Shown here piece by piece: positions 26,782-39,710 of a stretch of DNA of 64,000 bases. The stretch lies in the NCBI RefSeq assembly GCF_001194135.2, contig NC_068990.1:85493174-85557173 (forward strand). The letters run 5' to 3'. A model generated the notes under the pieces. The model made no database searches and had not been told where the DNA came from. It was given only the letters and a program-made list of their open reading frames with translations. This DNA is from Octopus bimaculoides. Taxonomy: Eukaryota. Position numbers and translations under genes: made by a program. Numbering within the stretch: the stretch's first letter is position 1; every line of letters starts with the position of its first letter.

Positions 26782-27336
26782 TTTGTCTTCTGTATCTTCA
26801 ACTTCATGCTTCGTTTTCACAATGTCTCTACTTCTGACCCCTGATGTATTAGAGGGTTTGTTAGGGTTCGCTTTTTTTGGAGGGTTGACGTAAAAATCTT
26901 TCTTGAAGCGTTCAGCATCAACAGGTCTTAAACCTAAGTTATAATAAGTCACTCCTGAAGGTTTTGCTGAGCTGGAATCCTTGTGAGCACTGGACAAATC
27001 CCTAGGGACCTCAACCGGAGAATCAGGAACCAACATAGAGGGCTCTTTGTTTTCATGCTTCTGTTCGGTAACAACATCAGGTTCAGCTTCAACTTCGATA
27101 TTCAGCTGATCTGTGGGCTCGAGTTTGTCTTTTGATTCTGTCACACTTGACAACTCATTTATTGGATAACACACGGTTGGGTCATCCAGATCATCTGAAT
27201 TCAAATGATCGTTATAACCTGTCGTTGGAATTATATTGTTTTCAGTGTCCTTTTGTTGTTGAACAGCTAGCTCAGCCTTCTCCAAAATTTCAAGAGCAGC
27301 CGATGTTACCTTCCTCATCTTCTCAGCAGCCATTTT
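26782..27336 (-). CDS. MYRIP: Internal coding exon E (KMAAEKMRKVTSAALEILEKAELAV...HEVEDTEDK)
   Basis: Acceptor ttctttttccAG, 555 nt = 185 codons, donor AAA|gtaaga. Phase 0 to 0; matches the 204-aa ORF in the track. Confidence 0.9.
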
Positions 27337-27534
27337 CTGGAAAAAGAATCAAGTGGATAAAAGAAATTTTAAAAACAAAGGATATTCACAGAGAATTGGT
27401 AAGTTGATGGTGGTCTCTTGGCATAAATGGGGGTGAGAAATAAATATGAAACAATTAGATTATGTGAATGTGTGATGAGGACAAAATGAGATTAATGTTT
27501 CAGTTAGCAATATTTTTGGAGGAAATTGCAGCAG

Positions 27535-28443
27535 CATCATAATATCATTGCTATATATCATCATAATATCATTGCTATATATCATTGTATATCATCATAA
27601 TATCACTGCTATATATCATTGTATATCATCATAATATCATTGCTATATATCATTGTATATCATCATAATATCATTGCTATATATCATTGTATATCATCAT
27701 AATANNNNNNNNNNNNNNNNNNNNNNNNNNNNNNNNNNNNNNNNNNNNNNNNNNNNNNNNNNNNNNNNNNNNNNNNNNNNNNNNNNNNNNNNNNNNNNNN
27801 NNNNNNNNNNNNNNNNNNNNNNNNNNNNNNNNNNNNNNNNNNNNNNNNNNNNNNNNNNNNNNNNNNNNNNNNNNNNNNNNNNNNNNNNNNNNNNNNNNNN
27901 NNNNNNNNNNNNNNNNNNNNNNNNNNNNNNNNNNNNNNNNNNNNNNNNNNNNNNNNNNNNNNNNNNNNNNNNNNNNNNNNNNNNNNNNNNNNNNNNNNNN
28001 NNNNNNNNNNNNNNNNNNNNNNNNNNNNNNNNNNNNNNNNNNNNNNNNNNNNNNNNNNNNNNNNNNNNNNNNNNNNNNNNNNNNNNNNNNNNNNNNNNNN
28101 NNNNNNNNNNNNNNNNNNNNNNNNNNNNNNNNNNNNNNNNNNNNNNNNNNNNNNNNNNNNNNNNNNNNNNNNNNNNNNNNNNNNNNNNNNNNNNNNNNNN
28201 NNNNNNNNNNNNNNNNNNNNNNNNNNNNNNNNNNNNNNNNNNNNNNNNNNNNNNNNNNNNNNNNNNNNNNATATATCATCATAATATCATTGCTATATAT
28301 CATTGTATATCATCATAATATCACTGCTATATATCATTGTATATCATCATAATATCATTGCTATATATCATTGTATGTCATCATAATATCACTGCTATAT
28401 ATCATTGTATATCATCATAATATCATTGCTATATATCATTGTA
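27535..28443 (+). repeat. 34-bp satellite (tatcatcataatatcattgctatatatcattgta), spanning a 566-N gap
   Basis: Near-identical units on both sides of the gap. Confidence 0.95.
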
Positions 28444-29749
28444 CAGGGTGTACACAAGGTCTGGGTACATGGAGTAAATAAAATCATAATATAAACAATT
28501 AAATATAAGAAATAATAATTTCTTGAAGTATGTGTTAATCCACATGTACCCAGACTTTGTGGACGCCCTGTATATTGCTTCAATGCCATTGCATATCATC
28601 TTTACTGTATATCATTGCTAAAATATTGCATACCATCTTAATACATAAACTTCAGTTGTGAATGTATATCAGGCATGTACCATCAATAATTACTCAGGGT
28701 AGGCAGTTGGTAACCTTTATGTAGTAAAACACACAAAAATAAACAAAACACAGGCACGCGAGTGAGTCGTAGGCAGATTTACATTTGCCTTTATAGCACA
28801 TAAAGAAAACCTTGTTGTAGGAATGTATGTGGCATGTGTACTACAGTGTTATTGGGCCAACAGGTTTTGGGATCTAACGATATGCCATAAAGCTAAACCC
28901 TTTATGGACGGGAAACCTCAGGTAATCCCATAAACCAGCCTTTCCCATTTTTAATGGGCTGCAGTGAAATGACTGAAACAAGAATAAAAGGTTAAAGAAT
29001 AATGTTGTCCCAGATGCCCTTAAGTCTGAAAATAAAATGGGTTGGACATGGTAAGAACAGCTGGAGATGATGTCTCCCAGGGCTAAATTACAGCAACATT
29101 CATCCTAAACCAGGACTACCATGTTATATTGGCAAAAATCTTTACTCCAAAGTACTGTTGTTGAATATCCTCATTGTGAGATTTAGAAATAGTAATTTTC
29201 TAATTTATACATCAGTGACTAGTTGTCATTTTGAAAACTGTATATTTCAAATAGGAATTTGGCAGCGCCATCTCCAGCTGAACAATTATTCGGTGCTGAT
29301 GAAAAGAAATAACCTAGAAATCGCGATACACAGATATTGTTTTGAGCTGAGTGGGGGTGCTAGATTCCCTTGTTCGAAAATATACGGACGCAAATCGTGT
29401 TGTATAGCCAGTTGGAGACGATGTCTCCTGGGGCTAAATTGCAGCAACATTCGCCCTAAACCAGGACTGCAATGTTATGTTGGCAAAAATCTTTACTCCA
29501 TGGATAGAACACTTTTAATTATAAGTTTGCCTGACCGGAACTGACCTGGAGCTAAACAACAATAGGGTATCTGAGTGGAAATAGAATAAACTGTGGTGGT
29601 AAACCAGAAAAAGTGAATGATAAGGATGGGGATAACAGTTTGATTGATTTGATTATTGGTATTTGAAACAGTTATGATTGATGAATATGGATCAAAACTT
29701 AGAGCAGATGATGAATCGATGTTGATTTTATATATCATGTGATGTGATC

Positions 29750-30020
29750 ATGTGACCAAACAGACTATCAGATGTTGTTACACATTGCTGATCACAGTGT
29801 GCTTTGCATTATTTTGGCCTTCAAATGAAGCCACCCGGCTGGCTAGACCAGCAGGAAAACATTCCCCCCCCCACCACCACCATTGATGGAAAGGGAGGCT
29901 GGAGCAGTGTGAAATGAAATGTTTTGCTCAACAACATAATGCACCATCCAGTCTGGAGATTGAAACCATGATCTAGTGATCATGAGCGCAACAGCCTAAC
30001 CACTAGGCTGTGCACTTTCA
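29750..30020 (-). mobile_element. SINE family E, degenerate
   Basis: Same core and reversed tRNA head as 18.5 kb. Confidence 0.65.
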
Positions 30021-30512
30021 TATATACTCCTTCAACTCACCGGCTTAAAAACATTATAATTTTTTTTTTTAAAGTGTTTTTAAGGCTAGAAATATTTTCA
30101 TTATAGGCCTGCTCAATTATGGTTGACCTGGTGCTAAACAACACCCTACATATAGCTAATGGACTGACCCATCAAGGGATGAGTATCTTAGTTATAGAAA
30201 TATTAAAATATGATGTGAACAGCTGGCTTTTTAGCTTCTAACTCAACACTCTGACAAATGGAGAGCATGTTCTGGCTTGATGGTTAAAAGCACCATTAGG
30301 CTGAAATTGAAGCCTTGGAGATCTGAAGTTCAATCACAGTTCTAGACAGTAGTGATGCTATAAAATAAAATTTGAGAAGAAGAAAAAAGACATTAAAAGA
30401 AAATAAACAGAGTAAGAAAAAGGCAGAAAAGAAAAAGAGGAAATGAAAACAAAGACCTGAGAGATACCTGCTAGATAACTGATGAAGATAAATCACTACA
30501 AAACAGTCTCAC

Positions 30513-30650
30513 CTGTTCATGATGTTCTGAAAGAACTCGGTGAGCGAACATGTCATCTACAGTTGTAGGTTCAATCCCTGCCTCATCTGCTGTTTCCTTG
30601 GGTACATCTTGCTTTTTCACAGATACATCTTTTGATTGGTCTGTAGTATC
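30513..30650 (-). CDS. Internal coding exon D (DTTDQSKDVSVKK...VDDMFAHRVLSEHHEQ); absent from the ORF track
   Basis: Acceptor cacAG (alternative in-frame taAG 12 nt upstream, start 30662), 46 codons, donor CAG|gtgaga. The end of the peptide parallels the end of exon B. Confidence 0.8.
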
Positions 30651-30911
30651 CTGTGATACATTCTTAGTTTAGTGGATCAAGATACAACTAAGTAGTCCCA
30701 AAGTTAGCACACATCAGTGGTAGTAGTAGTAGTAGTAGTAGTAGTAATAGTAGTAGCAAGAGCAGCAGTAATAATGGTAGTGGTTGTTGTTAGTAATAGC
30801 AGTAATAGTAGCAACAGCAGTGATAGTAGTAGTTTGGTAATCGTGTGTAAACAATTATTGCGGTAGCAAAAAAACTAAAAGGAACAATATATATACATAT
30901 ATACATATATG

Positions 30912-30978
<67 letters not shown>

Positions 30979-32839
30979 AGTAAAATATCTGTGCTACCAA
31001 AAAGCAAAAAGCACAATAATTAAACCTAATCCAAAAATTAAATCGCCACATATGAAGTCAGAAAACAAAATTGTGCACACAATATTATTGTGTTAGTGTC
31101 CATTTGGAAATAAAAATCTAATTGTGAATTTTAAAAGAAATGAACAGATTAGAAAAATCACCTCAAGAAGGTATGAAAGGAAATCAGCAAGAAATGCCAA
31201 AAAGATAAGAAAGAAAACACACCAAACGTTGTAATTAAAAGTCCAAATGTCTAAAATATATTAAGGCTATTAATTTCTTTCTCTAGAAATGATTGTCGCT
31301 AAAAATTAGGTAAATAATGAGGAAAATTATAATCTTCACAAACATGTAGAGGGGGAAAAATATTAGAGTTTTGTTATTATTATTATTATTTTGGAATGGT
31401 ACAGTCTCACATGTGAGACTGACCTATTGAGATTAATGCAAGAGATCAACAGGCAAAAACTCTTTCTAGAGGTGTTTAAAATCTATAAAAGAAAAAAATT
31501 AAACAAGGGAGGTCACTCCAATAAGATCAAGTGTATATACAGTGTGCAGAATGTGAGAAAAGATAGATAATGCAGTCCTCCTGATACAGAAGAGCTTCCA
31601 TCTAGGGCCAATCAAGGAACCCCACAGATTTAGGGGTCACCCTGACCTCCAAGGCCACACACCCTCATCCAACAGCTGTTCTCCAATCTACAGGCATGCT
31701 TTTATTAATATCACAAGAACACTGGATGAGGGAACAATATAAGAAGAGGTTATGAAAACTGTAGGAACTACACAATAGTCAAATGAATGAAGAGAAAAAA
31801 CAATTAGTAGGTACAGTATACAAGTATATATGTTGAAGTCCTAAGGGAAGAGCCACAACCTAGAGCCAGTCAAGGAACACGACAAATGACATCTAAGGGA
31901 ACACCGTCTCCTGATATCATTTTCCTATCTTTAGGATCATGCCAAGAATAAGCCCATGCCCTTGATTCCATGATCCCCACTTTCATCTGCCTTTCAGTAA
32001 GTTTACTTGGGGTAGGGTAGGAGGCAGTACTCTCCTGTCCATCCTTGCCCTCCTCTCAGAGTAGAAACTGGAAGTCGATAAAGGCTTAGCCAAAGTAAAA
32101 AGTGTCTGATTTCAATCTAATTTATCTTAAGAGAGAACAGCTCTGCCAAGCTGAATGGCCCTTAATGTAAATAACTCTACAGGGAGACAAAATCTTTAAC
32201 AGCACCTCTCCAACCACTCAATATAGTTGTGGTCATCACCATGGCCACCATTTAGAAACAAAACAAGCCAATCCAATAGTATATATATAAGAGAGGGCTT
32301 CAGCTACTTCACATGGTAGAGAAACGCTAGGTCTGGGTTCCATTATATACATCAGAATATTCTTTACAAGCAATACTTGCAGTGTTAACTACTCTAAACC
32401 TCTCGTAAGAATATTCATATATGAAAACTGAAAGGACATAGTAAGTGGGGGGCTGGGATCGTTTCAAGCCACTGATACAAGGGTTGAGTTGTTTTGTTTT
32501 TTTTTAATGCCATGCAGAAGCATTTATCTAAGGGTTCAGAAATACAAAACTTTTGGTGAAATTTTCACTTCCAAAAGAATGAAGAACTCCTCATTACATT
32601 CAATGCATGCATCTTCTAAAATGAATAAACACTAAACTAATCCCAAGAAGTTTCAAACAAAGAAATAAAGAGATGCAAGCATGATGTGAGAAGTGTGAAG
32701 TAGTTTCCAGCAACTAGAGTTAGGGTTCAATTCTGTAGGGTTCATGCAGGAGACCTCTTAGGGTTAGATTAAACAATTGTCATCGTTTTTCTAATCTAAG
32801 CAAATTTACAAAATTTCACTTTGTAAAAATATCATACAA

Positions 32840-32999
32840 GGTGCAGGCATGGCTGTGTGATTAAGAAGCTGAGCTCCCAACCATATCATCTCAGGTTCAG
32901 TCCCACTATACAGTACCTTGGCCAAGCATCTTCTACTAGAATCCCAGGCTAACCAAAGTCTTGTAAGTGGATTTGATAGGCAGAAACTGAAAGGGGCCT

Positions 33000-33036
<37 letters not shown>

Positions 33037-33245
33037 CCCTGTCATTACAGTATGTGGTAGTTGTAAATGAACATCTTACAAGCAGATTTTGATCCTTTCC
33101 AGTTTTCTATGATGACATGTCTGGCCATGAAAAATATTATCTTGCATGGAAACAGTTGAGGGTTGCTGACAAAAAGGGCATCAAACCAAGCAGACGATGA
33201 TAATGATGATGATAATGATGATGATAATGATGATGATGATGATTC
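32840..33245 (+). mobile_element. SINE with family A head, (GT)n hinge and alternative (GAT)n-tailed 3' half
   Basis: Head 32840-33000, (GT)n, then ...acatgtctggccatg...ggaaacag...gagggttg...aagggcatc...gatgataatgat. Confidence 0.7.
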
Positions 33246-33409
33246 AAGACATAATTTGTCACGTCTCCATAATTACATTATCTCGTTTACGACTTCTTTT
33301 TTGCCTTCTAGGGAGTTGTAAATACTTAGATTGTTTCATGAAAGAGTAAAATGGCAATAATAATAAAAATAATAATAATAACAATAATAATAATAATAAT
33401 AATAATAAT

Positions 33410-33918
33410 TATATACACTGGAAGCTAACCTATATACACTGGAAGCTATGCCAACATTATGGAATAGCAACAGAAAAAAGATGGTATAAACACACGCCAG
33501 AAAAGGTCACAGAAAACGAGAAAGCAACCATACTCTGGGATATGCCAATACACACAGATAGAGAAATTAAGGCAAATAGACCAGATATAGTTGTCAAAGA
33601 TCATGAAGGAAAAAAATGCCTTCTAATTGATGNNNNNNNNNNNNNNNNNNNNNNNNNNNNNNNNNNNNNNNNNNNNNNNNNNNNNNNNNNNNNNNNNNNN
33701 NNNNNNNNNNNNNNNNNNNNNNNNNNNNNNNNNNNNNNNNNNNNNNNNNNNNNNNNNNNNNNNNNNNNNNNNNNNNNNNNNNNNNNNNNNNNNNNNNNNN
33801 NNNNNNNNNNNNNNNNNNNNNNNNNNNNNNNNNNNNCACAGCAAACCACAGCACATACCCAAGGCGCACAGAGCTGCGCTCGGTAGTGAAGTGAAAGCAC
33901 GTTATAAAAATAAAACTA

Positions 33919-33921
<3 letters not shown>
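33410..33921 (+). mobile_element. 5'-truncated non-LTR retrotransposon with restriction-like endonuclease (R4/Dong-type), partly in a gap
   Basis: The frame reads YIHWKLCQHYG...WYKHTPEKVTENEKATILWDMPIHTDREIKANRPDIVVKD...KKCLLID, a PD-(D/E)xK RLE signature. Flanked by (AAT)n on both sides. Confidence 0.8.
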
Positions 33922-33988
<67 letters not shown>

Positions 33989-35065
33989 TTTAAAGGATGT
34001 GAAACAAGTCACCATCTCAGTTTGAACCTCGACTGTTTTCTTTCAATTTAGAGAGATTCTAGAACCGGAATCTTTGAGATTGAGTCATCACATCAGCAAA
34101 AATTTTGCCAATAAAAGTGTAAAGCAAATACATCCTGGATTTTCAAGTGATGGTGTTACAACATGGAGCTTAACATGTAGTCAGTTTGAATTACATGACT
34201 AACTAAGTGTGATGACCACCTAGTTCTTACTTTTAACAAAATCTCCACAACTGAAATAACAAGATGCTGTGTTGTAAAAAAGAACCATCTACAATAACAC
34301 TAACACATCCATCACTTTTGAAAGCATATTCCTGCTTCTCTCATATTCTCTCATATTCTTGCTTCTCTTAACGGACATTCTTCTCCTATGAACAGAACTC
34401 TCCAATGTCACTTTTGGGCACTTTGCTCTCTTAATCAGTTTTTCCTATTTTTTTTCATCTTTTAATGAACTGATCATGTTCCATGTAAACTTGTAACAAT
34501 AAATCAGATTATGATTTTGCAAACGTCAGAACATTCGAGTTTTATTTTTGCAACATTATCTTCAGCTTGATATTCGAAACTGACCTGTTTCCATGAAAGG
34601 ATAGGAATCATATTTTTTTTTTAAAAAAACCCTTCCAAGAATTGAAAATTTACAAAAGATTTTAAAAACTGAAATACATTTTGAAACTTCAAAAAATATG
34701 GCATCTTTTATTGAATTTTATTTCCAATTTAAGTTTTGATTTCAAATCAAAATATCCTCTGTGGCCCCAGTCAATAATTCAGTGTTACTGCTGCTTATAG
34801 CAATGAGCTCTAAGCTAGGTTAAGAAGTGAGAAAGTAAAGTGAAATAGTTTAGTTTGAAATTGAACTCATGTTGCAGAGTGTGCTCTGCAGGACTTGTAG
34901 GTTGTAATAGATGGCATTTTGTTGACAAAACACATGTAGTGATGTCATTTTGAGGGTCTCCAGAACACATGCACAGGGTTGGAACCTTCTGGAAGGCCTG
35001 CCGAAAGGTCCCTGATGCGCATGCGCAGAAAACTAGCAGCAGCAAATTTCTCTTATATCTCTGAC

Positions 35066-35254
35066 TTGAGATGCAGCCACTGAACTATGCAGACATGTCC
35101 TCAGCAGCTCTCTGTTTGCCTCATCTGCTGACCGGTATTTGACCAGCTCTGTTGTAGCTGGACTAGTGTGAAGAATGCCTTCACAAGGTATGATTAACTC
35201 CGACTTTGCTTCTTCCACACCAGACCTGGCTACTGATTGTCCCAAGGTGTAAAC
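35066..35254 (-). CDS. Probable coding exon C (VYTLGQSVARSGVEEAKSEL...SSVAASQ)
   Basis: Acceptor ttttattttgtatgtacaAG, 63 open codons with higher GC than the flanks. The donor CAA|gtcaga is weak, so the 3' end is less certain. Confidence 0.55.
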
Positions 35255-35833
35255 CTTGTACATACAAAATAAAAGGATTGTTTTTATGTTCGGATGTTTT
35301 CTTGTTCCGATATTTTTCCTCTAACATTTATGTAAGGAATTGTATGGCACCCTTCCAGCGCCAACCATTTTACATCTTACACACATTATCATTCACACAA
35401 CATGCACACACACACACACACACACACACAAAAGCAGATATACATACATAATCTNNNNNNNNNNNNNNNNNNNNNNNNNNNNNNNNNNNNNNNNNNNNNN
35501 NNNNNNNNNNNNNNNNNNNNNNNNNNNNNNNNNNNNNNNNNNNNNNNNNNNNNNNNNNNNNNNNNNNNNNNNNNNNNNNNNNNNNNNNNNNNNNNNNNNN
35601 NNNNNNNNNNNNNNNNNNNNNNNNNNNNNNNNNNNNNNNNNNNNNNNNNNNNNNNNNNNNNNNNNNNNNNNNNNNNNNNNNNNNNNNNNNNNNNNNNNNN
35701 NNNNNNNNNNNNNNNNNNNNNNNNNNNNNNNNNNNNNNNNNNNNNNNNNNNNNNNNNNNNNNNNNNNNNNNNNNNNNNNNNNNNNNNNNNNNNNNNNNNN
35801 NNNNNNNNNNNNNNNNNNNNNNNNNNNNNNNNN

Positions 35834-35890
<57 letters not shown>

Positions 35891-37904
35891 TTGCTTTGAT
35901 TAGGATCTGAATCTCAATCACAGATCTTGTTGTAAATCATTCATCACCAGAGATCTTCCTTGGATAGCTTATTGGATTTACATAGGGAAAACGCAGGAAA
36001 ACTCTCTTTCTCAAAGACATGATGAACAAAAGTGAAGTTTTATAAGTTTGGGGTTTTTTTTTAATAAATTAAGTAAGACAAAAGAAAAATTAAATAAAAT
36101 AACAAATTTAGATATTAGTGAAACAAGGTAGAAACAGATGAGGGGAATAGAGGGAGGGATAGGTTGTAAAAAGGGTATGAGATTGAAGGGGAAAGTAAAA
36201 AGAGGAGAGAAAAGGAGATTGGAAATAAAGAATTGTGGAGATTAATGTGTAGAAAGAAGAAGAAAGTCAATAGAGAGAAGAAGATAGTTGAAGGAATGAG
36301 CATAATGTTTACAGAAGAAAGTTAAGGAAAAAGTCATAAAAGGAGAAAAGAGAAGGAGAGTTAAAAATGAAGGAAAATTAAAAATGAAGGAAAATTAAAA
36401 ATGAAGGAAGTGGAAGAATAAAGAAAACAGAAGAAGAATAGGTAAAAAAGAATGAATGAAAAAGAATGAAATAGGTAAATGTTGAAAGAATGAAGAAGAA
36501 TACAAAGACAAAAACATATTTGAACATGGTAAAATGATTTAGCAATCATCTGTCAGTAAAATTTAAGAAAATTTAAAAAAAGCACAGCAAAATAAACACC
36601 CACACCAAATATGTTTTTAAAAAAAACAGGGGAGGTTAGATACTCAGGGATCCACTCTGCATGTAAAGTAAATGGTAAAAATCAGTGCAAATATTTCTGA
36701 TGCATTAAGTCAAGAAGTTCCAATTAATTCAAATTACACTGGTGATAAGGAGAAAATCATTAGCTTAACGAGTAATTTTCTTCAACAGAGACAGAAGAGA
36801 TAGGTGAATAATTTCACTTCACAAAGTCTATGGTTCACTGAGGTTGTTTGATAAGACTGAAATATGGCCAGAGTTATCGTCGTACTGTCAACATCAGAAT
36901 CAATCTGATCTCACCTCACCACATTGTCCACACTTTTTTTTTTTTTGATTATTCAAACATTTCTCTTCAATGTGCATATATCTATTAAGGTAAGCAAGGC
37001 ATACATTTGGTTGTTTCATTCTTCTTCTGGTTATTGCCTTCACAACTGAACTTATGAAGACTCCCATCAGGTGTTAACGAACTCACTTTGTTATTAAATG
37101 ATGGCTGGGAAACCTCTGCTTCTATAATTACCTTTTTGGTTGGTTCATTTGTTTTACTTTTGTAAAAGAGAAAGACTTTAGTTCGTACTTTGTATCAATT
37201 CTCTCTTCCACTCAAGAGCAAAACAGATGTACAACTAAAAGGGACATATTTTTAACTGATCTTAATTTTTTTTTAATTTTATCTCCCCTAACCATTCTTG
37301 ACCAAAATTACTCATTGAGTTAATGATTTTTTTTACCAATACCCCAGGGAATAATTCTAATAATTTAACCCTTTAGCATTCAAACTGGTCATATCCAGCT
37401 CAGTATATTCTACCTGTTTTATATGCAAACTGACTAGATCCAGCCTCTCACACCTACCCTACAATGTCATTTTAAAAATAAACAATCACATCATTGAAAT
37501 CACAAAATTGTGAGATAATGTATGTTTAATTCGAAATGATGTGAATAAATAAGTATTACATTTGACAAAGTAATTCTGATACTAAACGGTTGAATATCTT
37601 TAATTCATTACATGATGTATATTAGCACCAACCTCGCTATGTGTAACTTAGTCTGGGAAGGTCTGCATGGCTTATGGGACACAGACCTTCCATCCAGACA
37701 AAGACATCAGAAATATTACAAAAATAAACAGTGCAATAAAGCAGTAAAAGAGCGCCACCTCCATCCACTTCACCAAAGTTGTCTCCCTTCACCAAAGCAA
37801 TAATTAATATTGGAGAATGGCTGTTAAGCAATTAAAAAATATAATTCAAAAGTAAAAGACAAGTCATTAAAAAAAAAAACACACAACAAAATCAATCATG
37901 TAAA

Positions 37905-37938
37905 ACAAATAAGAAAGAAAGAAAGAAAGAAAGAAAAA

Positions 37939-37969
<31 letters not shown>

Positions 37970-38178
37970 GAAGGAAGACAGAAGGAAGGAAGGAAGGAAG
38001 ACAGAAGGAAGGAAGGATGACAGAAGGAAGGAAGGAAGGAAGAAAGACAAGGAAACAAGGAAACAAAGAAAGAAAGAAAGAAAGAAGGAAGGAAGGAAGG
38101 AAGGAAAGAAGAAAGAAAGAAAGAGGGAGAAGTGGAAGGAAGAAAAGAGAGAAAGAAAAAAGGAAGGAAGGAAGGAGA
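37905..38178 (+). repeat. Compound (AAAG)n/(AAGG)n purine microsatellite
   Basis: Read directly from the sequence. Confidence 0.95.
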
Positions 38179-38559
38179 TAGTGCTGGGTTTCTCAACCCG
38201 CTGGTATTATATAATTATTTGAAACCCGAGTACAAACAACAACAGAACATCCCATAACAGAAGAAATTTGAGACAAACCATGACAATAACAACTACTACA
38301 ACGATATTTCATAATTTAGGGTAAGTAACATCAACAGTAACAAAAAACAACACAACAATTGCAACAAAAACAACAGCCACAACAACAGCAACTACAACAA
38401 CTATTTTGACAAAAATTCATAAAAGCCAACGTTTTAACGGTGATTTTACTCCTTGTTTTCTTAGAAAAACTCTTCCCCAAAACAAACATTCCAAAGTTTC
38501 ACTAATGTTTTAATTAATAGCTATCATAATGAGTTTTGTTGTGTTAATTATGTGCATGT

Positions 38560-38943
38560 GTGGAGGCACAATGGCCCATTGGTTAGGGCTGTGGACTCGC
38601 GGTCATAGGATCAGTGTTTCAATTCCCAGACCAGGCGTTGTGAGTGTTTATTGAGCGAAAACACATAAAGCTCCACGAGGCTCCGGCAGGGGATGGTGGC
38701 AAACCCTGCTGTACTCTTTCACCACAACTTTCTCTCACTCTTACTTCCTGTTTCTGTTGTGGCTGTAATTCAAAGGGTCAGCCTTGTCACACTGTGTCAC
38801 GCTGAATATCCCCAAGAACTACGTTAAGGGTACACGTGTCTGTGGAGTGCTCAGCCACTTGCACGTTAATTTCACGAGCAGGCTGTTCCGTTGATCGGAT
38901 CAACTGGAACCCTCGACGTCATAAAAACGGAGTGCCAACAACA
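38560..38943 (+). mobile_element. SINE family C, near full length (tRNA-like head, CAA-type tail)
   Basis: tggcccattggttagggc A-box, gtttcaattccc B-box; the body ctgtaattcaaagggtcagccttgtcacac recurs at 5730, with related fragments at about 22010 and 42285. Confidence 0.8.
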
Positions 38944-39258
38944 TATGTGCATATGGAATATGGAGGTCAAAGGATGGACAAAGGGGTCAGTGGAAGGGGT
39001 GAAGCATACTATCAATAGTTTAGAGGCAAATGAAGTAAATCCTTTTATAAACAAACCCCCAATCTGTAATGCTTTAACTCCAGATTTATTGTAGTTAAAT
39101 TTATTTCTTCTGGGTGGGATAAAGATCCATCCCAAATATGGGTTTTTGCCCTGGTTAGACGATCATCATCAGAAAAGCAAAGTAACTCTCTCTCTCTCTC
39201 TTTCTCTTTCTCTCTGAGAGCTGTGAAGTAAAACTGCGCTTGTTTCAGCAGTGAAAAA

Positions 39259-39608
39259 AAAGGGTAATGGGTAAAGATCCCCTTCGGTCCTGAACGACCA
39301 TGGGATTGCATTAAGAAAGTCCCCCTCCAAGACACAAGTCCAGACAAAGTTGTTTATGGAAAACCAGCAGTCACCCATGCATGCCAGCCTCCCCTCTCTA
39401 TACCACTGGTGTTATCCAAGGGAAAGGCAAAGGCTGATACAGCTTGGCACCAGTGATGTTGCAACTCATTTCTACAGCTGAGTGAAACTGGAGAGTTGTG
39501 AAATAAAGTGTCTTGCTCAAGAACACAACACATAGCCTGGACTGGGAATTGAACTCACAACCTCAAGATTGTAAGCCTGATGACTCTAATCACTGAGCCA
39601 TACGCCTT
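39259..39608 (-). mobile_element. SINE family E, near full length
   Basis: Reversed tRNA head at 39540-39608, core, and a 3' half ending ttacccttt. Confidence 0.75.
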
Positions 39609-39614
39609 TGCAAT

Positions 39615-39710
39615 TTTCAGCAATATGTACACTGAAATTGGAACACACCTCAGTAGAGTGACATGGCCCTTGTGCAAAGATCACACGCACAAATGTGAAG
39701 GGTCTCTATT
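39615..39710 (+). pseudogene. Degenerate U6 snRNA copy
   Basis: actgaaattggaac...catggcccttgtgcaaagatcacacgca...gtgaagggtctctatt matches U6 ACTAAAATTGGAAC...CATGGCCCCTGCGCAAGGATGACACGCA...GTGAAGCGTTCCATATT (24/28 in the central block). The ACAGAGA box is destroyed. Confidence 0.75.

Noticed and set aside
38560-38640. SINE heads as functional tRNA genes
   Set aside because: A and B boxes are present but there is no complete cloverleaf, and they run into multi-copy SINE bodies.
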